Part shown: in pieces, positions 1 through 7,406 of the stretch
How positions within the stretch are numbered: the first letter of the stretch is position 1
How the letters are laid out: each line of letters begins with the position of its first letter
Assembly (NCBI GenBank): GCA_964426185.1
Contig: CAYRPF010000085.1
Span: 1-12,666, forward strand
Direction: 5' to 3'
Source: an uncultured archaeon
Lineage (GTDB): Archaea; Asgardarchaeota; Lokiarchaeia; Sigyniarchaeales; Promethearchaeaceae
Length of the DNA stretch: 12,666 nt
Notes under the pieces: model-generated
What the model saw: only the letters and a program-made list of their open reading frames with translations
Databases searched by the model: none
What the model was told of the DNA's origin: nothing
Translations under genes and position numbers: made by a program

Positions 1-48
1 TATATTTTCACTGATAAAAATTCAAATTCGTATGATTAGTGAATATTT

Positions 49-56
49 AAAAAAAA
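49..56 (-). terminator. Putative archaeal oligo-T terminator of the E2 gene
   Basis: An A8 run on + (T8 on -) lies about 10 nt downstream of the E2 stop codon. Confidence 0.35.
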
Positions 57-65
57 TAACATTAC

Positions 66-611
66 TTAATTCATTGCATATTTTTTAGTCCATTCTTTCG
101 CCTTATTCTCAAATTTCGAATAATTATGTAAAGCTTGATCTCCCGCCTCAAAATTTAAGGGATCACCAGGGTTAAAGAATGGTGGTTCGCAATGAATCTG
201 CCCTTTCAATGCCTCTATCACATTTGTTAAAGTCTTTGAAGGAGTCCACCCGCTGGCACCAGTAGAAATATCTACTTTTCCCACAAGTTCTGGATTAATT
301 AAGTCGAGACAGATATTTATCTTTCCAGGGGGGATGGAACTATCTATATTTGGATGCCATATCAAGGTGTGACAGTATACATAAGGAGGTTCAAACGGAT
401 AGTTATCTCCCATTTTTATTTCGAACATGAAACTCCCGCCATCATAGGGAGTATTAGGCAATCCTTTGATGGTAAGTCTTAAATGATCATAGGACATGCC
501 CCAAGGTTCTATTTTGATGGTGTTATCATTTTTAAAGGCTTCAACAGCTTCGGAATAATCGACTTCTTCTCTAATTTTAAACACCTTCTCATCATGTCGA
601 CTAATCGACAC
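66..611 (-). CDS. Ubiquitin-conjugating enzyme E2 (UBC fold)
   Basis: Canonical UBC motifs in order: I-x-G-x-P-x-TPYDGG-x-F, YPFEPP, WHPNI, ICLD (catalytic Cys101), WTPS-x-TL, P-x-DPLN-x-EA, and F-x-x-KAKEWT-x-KYA. The GTG start is immediately preceded by an in-frame TGA. Confidence 0.95.
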   Translation of the reverse strand: MSISRHDEKVFKIREEVDYSEAVEAFKNDNTIKIEPWGMSYDHLRLTIKGLPNTPYDGGSFMFEIKMGDNYPFEPPYVYCHTLIWHPNIDSSIPPGKINICLDLINPELVGKVDISTGASGWTPSKTLTNVIEALKGQIHCEPPFFNPGDPLNFEAGDQALHNYSKFENKAKEWTKKYAMN

Positions 612-711
612 TCAGATGTTGATTGTATTGAAATTACTGAATTGCACAGTAGTAATTAGTGTTACTTAATTTTTGGAATATTAAAATCATTACCTTTCCC
701 ATTTTTTGTTT

Positions 712-728
712 AACGAAAAATATTTAAG
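712..728 (+). promoter_or_regulatory. BRE+TATA-like element (AACGAAAAATATTTAAG)
   Basis: A purine-rich CGAAAA directly precedes TATTTAAG. It nearly matches the duplicated element at 7304/7335. Confidence 0.35.
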
Positions 729-823
729 GGAAGAGCTTAATTTGAATGAAAAATAAGTGAGATTTTGCCATGTAAAAGATAAATGATTATTTGTCTAGAA
801 AGGTGTTTGAATAAAAAAGTCGA

Positions 824-1102
824 TTATTTTTTTTTTTGCTTCTCGAGATATTCAATTTCACGCAGAATTTTTTGTTCTTCATCTGCATCTAATGATCCTT
901 CCATTATACGGCGCTCAAGCATGGCAATTCGTTTCTCTAGTTGGGCAATTTGTCCGGGAGAAAGATTTTTGGAAGTGGGTCGATAAGGTTTTGAGTGTGA
1001 GCCTTTACCTGTTTTTCGATATTTTCCAGATGATTTGGAAGAATCATTAAACATTGCACGTGCTTCTTCAAGTGACATTTTTTTACGCTTTTGTGGAGCC
1101 AT
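824..1102 (-). CDS. Small basic protein: K/S/G-rich N-terminal region plus C-terminal helical hairpin (COG1340/Bfr1/PPI-like motif)
   Basis: 92-aa ATG ORF with natural composition. The C-terminal IAQLEKRIAMLERRIMEGSLDADEEQKILREIEYLEKQ shows heptad periodicity. Confidence 0.75.
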   Translation of the reverse strand: MAPQKRKKMSLEEARAMFNDSSKSSGKYRKTGKGSHSKPYRPTSKNLSPGQIAQLEKRIAMLERRIMEGSLDADEEQKILREIEYLEKQKKK

Positions 1103-1142
1103 CTTATTGTAACATTCCCGAAAAGTTATGGAATAAAACCTT

Positions 1143-1156
1143 CCAAAATTTAAAAA
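1143..1156 (+). promoter_or_regulatory. Putative TATA box in the divergent intergenic region upstream of the LVIVD gene
   Basis: CCAAAATTTAAAAA, with TTTAAA at 1149-1154, about 35 nt upstream of ATG 1190. Confidence 0.3.
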
Positions 1157-1189
1157 AATTGCCTTTCACTGATATTATTAGGTAATTTC

Positions 1190-3676
1190 ATGAAAATTCG
1201 GGTAGGAAAATATCTAATTAGTATTGGAATAGTTCTTTTCTTGATTTCTATTGGAGAATTAGCCGTATTTCAAGAAGGTTATCTCCGTTTAAATGAGCAA
1301 ATAAATGAATCAACGCAGTTTAGAGATGATCCAGAGGTATATGATATAGCAATTCAAAAAGATATTCTTTACCTTGCTGAAGGTTCCATGGGGATTGAAT
1401 TGGTGAATTTTTCCCGATCAGATCATCCAACCAATCTCTCCCGTTATACAAGTTCTTACAAAATATTTTCCCTAATCGCCAATGGGACAAATTTATTCGC
1501 AATAAATGATGCCCAACAAATTGAAATAATCAATATTAGCAATCCTCTCCGACCAGAATTAATATCAACCTATTCCCCTTTATTTACAAAGTTTAACGCG
1601 CTCCAAATAGTGAATCAGTATGGAATAGGCTTAAGCGAGACTGGAACTTTGAAATTACTGGATATTTCAGACATTTCACGTATATCAGAAAAAAATCTAA
1701 TTTCATCCAACTACAAATTTGATTACTTCACCCTTATAAATCAAAATTTAGTTGGTTTAGAAAAAAGTGGAAAAATCTTGATTTATAACAGCTCTTCTTG
1801 GGATGAAATCGAGGAGATCGGCGAATTAGAAGGTAATTTTACCTCACTCATCAAAATACTACCAGTCCCACAAAAAAATTGGATGATATTGCATTTATCG
1901 AATGGTATTCTGCTATATGATATATCTTCCCCTCAAATACCCAAATTGATTCTAAATGCCACTGTATCTCAAGGTTTCCCCATAATTTCACAAGTTCAAG
2001 CTTCTGATCATGAAATATTAATTTTTAATCAAACAAACGGCGAAATCTGTGCGGCCAATTTCTCGACTTTGGAGTTGAAAGGTCTTTCAGCATTTCACCC
2101 TCTTGTCAAGCCAACTCAAGAAACTCTTGATGATTTTATACTCAGAAAAGATTCTTTATTCTTAGTTCAATCATGGCAGAGTGCTTTGTATATATATTCA
2201 TTTGACAATGACCGTTCCTTAGATTATCAAAGTACATATATTTACGGATTTAATCCCATAATGGATGTTAAGTGGGATTATGAAAATTCAACTGTATTCT
2301 ACGCAGCAGGTCAAGATGGAATTAAAATCGCCAATTATACTCTAAATGATGGTTTCACGTCTCTTGCATATTATCCTAATACAGGATTTGACACATCTTT
2401 ATTTTGTTCGCAACTATTTTATTCATATCCATATTTGTTCGCACAAAGTTCGCTAAATACTTTAGAAATATTGAATATAAGTAACATATACCATCCCAAG
2501 CTGGCGAGCAGATGGAAAATTCCGAGCTTACAGCTATTTGATATGAAAATAGAGGATAAATTTGCCTTTGCAGCAGTAGGTAATGATGGAATTCTTATCT
2601 ACAATCTCTCTAGGCCCGAATCGCCTGAAATTTTCCAAAATATCACCAATATCGGAAAGATAACCTCCTTACAGATCCATGAATCGGTTTTATTTACCTT
2701 GGCAGCGGATTATGGTTTAAAAATATTTGATATTTCGAATATATCGCATATTATTCAGATCTCTTCTTATACTGATGAGACATGCAGATTAGGTGTGCGA
2801 GATTTCATCTGGTATGAAAATACTTTATATGCTTTTGGAAGTTTCCCAGGGATTGTGATCATTGATGTTCATTTTCCCGCCCATCCCGTTTTTCGGGCAT
2901 TTTATGAGTCAAAATACGGATTTGTAAATTGTATAGCCTTAAATCAAACAGAAGGATATATTGGATATCAATCGGGTATATTAGAATACATACAAATGAG
3001 TGAATCCAATCAATTTTCATCGATAGAAAGATTTTCTTCTTCTGATGAAATTTTAGCCATTGAAATCTTACCTAAAACAATTCTGGTGGCCAATAAATAC
3101 GGTGGATTGCTTAGTTTGGAGAGAGAATTTACCTATGACCCTTCAATTCAAGGAAGTATAGTTGTTACAATTACATTCATAATAGGAATTATAATTCTAC
3201 TCACAGGTCTTAGTATTCAATTCAAAACCAAAGAAATAAGATATAAATTGGACGAACTTCGTACTCATTTTTCCAATCACCTGTATGGTATACCCAGAAA
3301 TGAACTTCTTGAAGTCTGCAAAATAATAATGCCGTTCAAGAAAGATTTCCACTTTACCCAATATGCTAACCGAATTTTACATGAAATTTTCACTCTTATC
3401 AAAGAAGGAAATACAAATGAAGAAGAATCTTCTGATCTTCGACAGAAATTAGACGATTTGTATCAATTTTATGTTCATTCATCAATAGAACTATGCGAGA
3501 TGATTGCGAGAGGAAAAGATCTCAGCCATGATGAAATGGAACGAATTTTACATGAAGGAGGACATTTAGAAAGAAAAATTTTAGAAAATGTGCTCCCACC
3601 TTCACATTTTCTAATATATGGATTAACTCGGAAACTAAAGCTAAAATCCAAAAACGGCCACAATATTTTACGTTAG
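1190..3676 (+). CDS. LVIVD-repeat (beta-propeller) membrane-anchored surface protein with cytoplasmic C-terminal domain
   Basis: N-terminal hydrophobic signal/anchor. Many LVIVD-type repeats (LYLAEGSMGIELVNFS..P, IEIINISNP..P, GILLYDISSP..P, FAAVGNDGILIYNLS.P..P, YGLKIFDISN, GIVIIDVHFP..P). TM helix at about aa 657-678, then a charged tail of about 150 aa. Confidence 0.88.
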   Translation: MKIRVGKYLISIGIVLFLISIGELAVFQEGYLRLNEQINESTQFRDDPEVYDIAIQKDILYLAEGSMGIELVNFSRSDHPTNLSRYTSSYKIFSLIANGTNLFAINDAQQIEIINISNPLRPELISTYSPLFTKFNALQIVNQYGIGLSETGTLKLLDISDISRISEKNLISSNYKFDYFTLINQNLVGLEKSGKILIYNSSSWDEIEEIGELEGNFTSLIKILPVPQKNWMILHLSNGILLYDISSPQIPKLILNATVSQGFPIISQVQASDHEILIFNQTNGEICAANFSTLELKGLSAFHPLVKPTQETLDDFILRKDSLFLVQSWQSALYIYSFDNDRSLDYQSTYIYGFNPIMDVKWDYENSTVFYAAGQDGIKIANYTLNDGFTSLAYYPNTGFDTSLFCSQLFYSYPYLFAQSSLNTLEILNISNIYHPKLASRWKIPSLQLFDMKIEDKFAFAAVGNDGILIYNLSRPESPEIFQNITNIGKITSLQIHESVLFTLAADYGLKIFDISNISHIIQISSYTDETCRLGVRDFIWYENTLYAFGSFPGIVIIDVHFPAHPVFRAFYESKYGFVNCIALNQTEGYIGYQSGILEYIQMSESNQFSSIERFSSSDEILAIEILPKTILVANKYGGLLSLEREFTYDPSIQGSIVVTITFIIGIIILLTGLSIQFKTKEIRYKLDELRTHFSNHLYGIPRNELLEVCKIIMPFKKDFHFTQYANRILHEIFTLIKEGNTNEEESSDLRQKLDDLYQFYVHSSIELCEMIARGKDLSHDEMERILHEGGHLERKILENVLPPSHFLIYGLTRKLKLKSKNGHNILR

Positions 3677-3710
3677 TAAAAACTGAAGTAAAAACTGAAG
3701 TAAAAACTAA
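3675..3710 (+). repeat. Three tandem copies of the 12-bp unit AGTAAAAACTGA
   Basis: AGTAAAAACTGA-AGTAAAAACTGA-AGTAAAAACTAA, beginning within the stop codon of the LVIVD gene. Confidence 0.9.
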
Positions 3711-3829
3711 TCCACAGCTAATTTAAAAGTGATCAAAGTTGATCAGTAAAAAATTGTCACTGAAGTTTTATGTATAATCCTAAACGAATAATAATTAGAA
3801 TAATTAATTTTTTGATCAAATCTTACTAA

Positions 3830-5584
3830 TTGTTGGTGGATATTTTGGAAATTAAACATTCGAATCGATTTGCTACAATAGATTTCTTACGCGGATTGGC
3901 AATTTGGTTGATGCTTTTACTTCACTTATTAATGCGAGTTTATGATAAATCATGGGCTGATGATCCAGCTCAAATGGCACAAGCACGTATAATTGTGATC
4001 GTAATTTTGATCTTTGCTCTCTTTTTAGGTGGCTGGTGTGGATTTTTCTTACTTATTTCTTCGATAGGAAATATGATCTCCATGCAAAAACAATTAGCTC
4101 GAGGTAAATCCATAGGAGAATTGGTTCTCAAACAAGTTATCGGAGGAATTTTACTGCTTATTTTTGCCTTTCTAACCGAATCTATTATTGGATATCATGG
4201 ATGGTTAGGTAAATTACCTTGGGAGATTACACCACTCCAAGATCATTTATTTCGAGCATTTCACATGGAAACTATCCATGCTGTTGCATGGTGTGTTATT
4301 GTAAATGGATTAACTCAAGGGCTGTTGTCGCTAAATAATGGTTATAAAAAGCACACACGGAATATGATTATATACGGAATTTTAACAATCTTGGTAATTG
4401 TTTCTACTACGTGGGTGTGGAAAGGAGTGGCCCAAATTGTACCGGGCTATCCTTTTGCTCAACCTGAAGGTCGCCCACATATAGTTCAATATCCGATTAT
4501 CGGGCAAAGTACATTGGGAGAATATATTAAATTATTCTTCTTACTTCCATTAGCTGGACATCCAGAGCCAATTTTCCCCTTTTTGGCAGTTTCATACCTC
4601 GGAAGTATAATTGGAATTTTCTTATCGCAAGAAAAACCCTCCATTAAATTTATTTTGCATGGAATGATTTACAGCGGAATAGCCGTGATCGTGGGTTTAG
4701 CAGGTACCGGATATATGATTGTTACTGGTTCACAAGATATTGGAGTCTTTTTGGGTAATACTTGGAACATTCCCCGATTAGATTGCTGGTTCTGGTGGTT
4801 CTTAGTTTTAACTGGCAGTCAAGTTTTCAGTACACTTCTTATACTTCGTGTCATCGAATTTCGGGGAAAAGCAGTTCCATTTGCTAAGAAAACTACCTAT
4901 TTCCGCAGATTTGGTCTAATTGCATTCACTGTCTATAATTATCAGTTTATTGATTTTATTCCAAGATTTCTTTTTACAAAATTAACTGGAATCGATGCAA
5001 TGTACAGCAGGGTTAATGGAAACGTGAGTCTCATTTTAATGGCCGGAATTTTTCTCACATGGGCTATTGTAATGTGGCTGTGGGAAAAAGTAAACTTCAT
5101 TGGAGGGATGGAATGGATGATTTCAGTTTTAGCAAAGTTGATTTTGCCGAAAAAGAGGAAAAGTAAGAGAAATATAAACGAATCTCAAAATAATCTTCAA
5201 TCTACTGGCTCACAAATCACATTAATGGAAACTAAGAATGAAAACAATGAAATTGAAGTAACGGTAAAGAAGATACCTTGGTGGAAAACTGATAGATTGA
5301 ATGTAAAGGGAGTTTTATATGATGCTAATTTCATTAATATTATATCCCCCGAAAAGGTTGATCACAAGAATCTGAAGGATTCCAAGCTTTCCTTGCAACT
5401 TTCGCTTTTAGCACCTGTTCTTATGATTGCCGGTGTATTTGCTTTGGATATCGCAATTGAATCTATTACCACAGAAGGAAAAAATAAATACAACCGATGG
5501 GCATTAATTCTCTCAATATTTGGAATCATTCGGTTTATTGGTGTGTTCATTGCGCTGACTTTCATGTCAGGATTAGCCATTTAA
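3830..5584 (+). CDS. Polytopic membrane acyltransferase-like protein (DUF1624 / heparan-alpha-glucosaminide N-acetyltransferase-like) with C-terminal 2-TM (DUF4190-like) extension
   Basis: N-terminal RFATIDFLRGLAIWLMLLLH signature, later FLLIS and PIFPFL motifs, and more than 10 hydrophobic helices. The true start may be TTG at 3845, which follows a GGTGGA SD-like sequence. Confidence 0.8.
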   Translation: MLVDILEIKHSNRFATIDFLRGLAIWLMLLLHLLMRVYDKSWADDPAQMAQARIIVIVILIFALFLGGWCGFFLLISSIGNMISMQKQLARGKSIGELVLKQVIGGILLLIFAFLTESIIGYHGWLGKLPWEITPLQDHLFRAFHMETIHAVAWCVIVNGLTQGLLSLNNGYKKHTRNMIIYGILTILVIVSTTWVWKGVAQIVPGYPFAQPEGRPHIVQYPIIGQSTLGEYIKLFFLLPLAGHPEPIFPFLAVSYLGSIIGIFLSQEKPSIKFILHGMIYSGIAVIVGLAGTGYMIVTGSQDIGVFLGNTWNIPRLDCWFWWFLVLTGSQVFSTLLILRVIEFRGKAVPFAKKTTYFRRFGLIAFTVYNYQFIDFIPRFLFTKLTGIDAMYSRVNGNVSLILMAGIFLTWAIVMWLWEKVNFIGGMEWMISVLAKLILPKKRKSKRNINESQNNLQSTGSQITLMETKNENNEIEVTVKKIPWWKTDRLNVKGVLYDANFINIISPEKVDHKNLKDSKLSLQLSLLAPVLMIAGVFALDIAIESITTEGKNKYNRWALILSIFGIIRFIGVFIALTFMSGLAI

Positions 5585-5648
5585 TCGTCATTTTTTTGTT
5601 TCTATTGCGGGGAATCCTTTTTTTGTAATTCATTAACTTTTTGAGTAA

Positions 5649-5673
5649 TTTTCCCCTTTTTTAAAAGGGAAAA
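5649..5673. other. Imperfect inverted repeat in T-rich intergenic region (terminator or regulatory site)
   Basis: TTTTCCCCTTTT-TT-AAAAGGGAAAA. T-runs at about 5590-5642 follow the acyltransferase stop. Confidence 0.35.
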
Positions 5674-5708
5674 GTAATTTGATTTGATAAGAGCGGTGAA
5701 ACTGCATT

Positions 5709-6992
5709 TTGAGCCAAAAAACACAAAATAACTCCCCAGCTAGCATGAATTATAGGGTGTTGGTATGCAAATATAACGAATTGGGTTTGAAATCATTAAA
5801 TTATCAAGCAAAATTACTTACGAGATTAGCAGAGACCATAAAAAAAATCTGTATTCGAGAAAATATTAAATTACAATCAATTTTAACAACATCTGGACGA
5901 ATCCTCTGCTTTTTTCCCACTCAAGAAATTAAAAAAGCATGTGAGGTATTCCGATATATTATAGGAATCAAATCATTTGCCCCAGCAATCAGTTCACCTC
6001 GTAAAATTAATGTCTTGGCGCAAAATATATCTCAGTATCTTATAAATTGGTATAAATTTCAAAATTATACAAGTTTTTCACTAATTTTAAAAGGAAACAC
6101 GCGCCTTCTTCCAGATGAGTTACTATTTTTAAGCGAATTAAAATCTAAAATTTCGAGCAAAATAAAAATCAGCGGGATTCCATTATATTTTAAAGACCAT
6201 GAAGCGGATATTTTAGTTTCAGTCGAAATTAGGAAAAAGGGCACTTATATATATCATCAAGAGATTCCTACACATTTTGCAGGATTCCCCATTGAATCTA
6301 AAACTGTTTTTCTACTCCCTTGGAATAATTCGCCAGAAGAACTTCTAGCGGGCATGCTTTTAATGAGGCGGGGTGCGATTGTTATTCCTTTTTCTTTACA
6401 TTCGAATCAATTGGAAATGTTTCACGATTTTCCCCCGTTACTAAAAGAATTAGCAAAGTATTATGCAGATCCGCTTCCATATCTCACAATTTCTGAATCT
6501 GATCTTGAAAAAACCTGCACACTTCTACAAATTTCTGAAAAGAGAGAGAAGGACGCAGTATGGACCATTTTTCTTGAATTTATTTGCCTTTCCAGCATAA
6601 AAGAAGCCCAATTTAAAATGAATGATCGTAATTTGCATTTTAAAGGAATAATCCTTCCAAATAGAAATTCTCTCAATTTCTATAAATATTTACAGATACC
6701 GATTCTAACCCCATTAGTTGGATTTTCTCAAGATTTCCTGAACTTAATCTTCAATCATTTACTTGAGGAACCAAGCAATTTATCCTTTCATTCTTTAATA
6801 CTGAACCACATTAGCGATACTTCGAAATTTGAGGGAAATGCCCAAATTTCAAAAATTGATGAAGATGATATGAATTTCAGATTTATTATTGAAAATATTC
6901 GTAATTCAGAATCTCTGAAGCATGAATTGTTCAATTTAACCAAAAAAATCAAAATTCACCGAATTTATGGTAGTATACTTCCTTTGAATTAG
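5709..6992 (+). CDS. THUMP-domain ThiI-like protein with degenerate PP-loop (probably catalytically inactive)
   Basis: ThiI-like N-terminus (VLVCKYNELGLKS, GRI, IIGIKSFAPA), end of THUMP domain (ADILVSVEIR..GTYIY), GFP...LLMRRG, and PILTPLVG. The SGGxDS motif is absent. Start is TTG 5709 (GGTGA upstream) or ATG 5745. Confidence 0.8.
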   Translation: MSQKTQNNSPASMNYRVLVCKYNELGLKSLNYQAKLLTRLAETIKKICIRENIKLQSILTTSGRILCFFPTQEIKKACEVFRYIIGIKSFAPAISSPRKINVLAQNISQYLINWYKFQNYTSFSLILKGNTRLLPDELLFLSELKSKISSKIKISGIPLYFKDHEADILVSVEIRKKGTYIYHQEIPTHFAGFPIESKTVFLLPWNNSPEELLAGMLLMRRGAIVIPFSLHSNQLEMFHDFPPLLKELAKYYADPLPYLTISESDLEKTCTLLQISEKREKDAVWTIFLEFICLSSIKEAQFKMNDRNLHFKGIILPNRNSLNFYKYLQIPILTPLVGFSQDFLNLIFNHLLEEPSNLSFHSLILNHISDTSKFEGNAQISKIDEDDMNFRFIIENIRNSESLKHELFNLTKKIKIHRIYGSILPLN

Positions 6993-7003
6993 AAGCTGAA
7001 AAA

Positions 7004-7299
7004 TTGAATTATCGTGTAATTGTGTGCAAGCTCAACGAGATAGAATTAAAATCGGAAAATTACAAATCGCAACGCTAATTCGTCTGACCGAAACAATAAA
7101 AAAATTTTGTGCTCGTGAGAATCTCCACCACCAATCCATCTTAAATATTTCGAGTCGAATATTATGTTTTTTCCCTACGAATGAGATTATTTCGGTATGT
7201 TGAGTGTTCAAATTTATTTTTGGAATTCAATCCTTCTCTCCAACCGTAAGTTCTCCGAGAAAGTTGAGGATATTAACCAACAACTGTATAGACTATTTA
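7004..7299 (+). pseudogene. Degenerate partial paralog of the N-terminal ~99 aa of the upstream ThiI-like gene
   Basis: Reads (TTG)NYRVIVCKLNEIELKSENYKSQ, then a frameshift (1-nt deletion) at about 7070-7075, then LIRLTETIKKFCARENLHHQSILNISSRILCFFPTNEIISVC*VFKFIFGIQSFSPTVSSPRKLRILTNNCIDYL with internal TGA at 7201. About 59 of 99 residues are identical by hand alignment to the protein starting at 5745. Confidence 0.92.
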
Positions 7300-7302
7300 G
7301 AA

Positions 7303-7361
7303 AAACGAAGATATTTAAGTTTAATTTTGGGCCAAACGAAGATATTTAAGTTTAATTTTGG
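7303..7361 (+). repeat. Perfect 28-bp direct repeat (7303-7330 and 7334-7361) containing a BRE/TATA-like promoter core for the surface-protein gene
   Basis: AAACGAAGATATTTAAGTTTAATTTTGG occurs twice, separated by GCC, and ends 45 nt before ATG 7407. Confidence 0.9.
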
Positions 7362-7406
7362 ATCTTATTTGTGACCTATTATCAATGGGTTAAAGAGTGA
7401 TCAACG

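Noticed and set aside
783-986. 67-aa + strand ORF
   Set aside because: It lies mostly antisense to the better-supported 824-1102 gene, and its F/S/C/R-rich composition is typical of a shadow frame.
5709-6992. Assigning the gene symbol thiI
   Set aside because: The PP-loop and other catalytic motifs are absent, so functional equivalence is unsupported.
7201-7203. In-frame TGA as a selenocysteine codon
   Set aside because: It aligns to Glu, not Cys, in the intact paralog, and the fragment also carries a frameshift and truncation.
5745-7299. ThiI-like N-terminus and its downstream copy as a DGR variable/template repeat pair
   Set aside because: Mismatches are not restricted to adenines, many are third-position or conservative changes, and no reverse transcriptase is in the window.
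7303-7361. 28-bp repeats as a mini-CRISPR array
   Set aside because: Only two copies separated by 3 bp, with no spacer and no cas genes.
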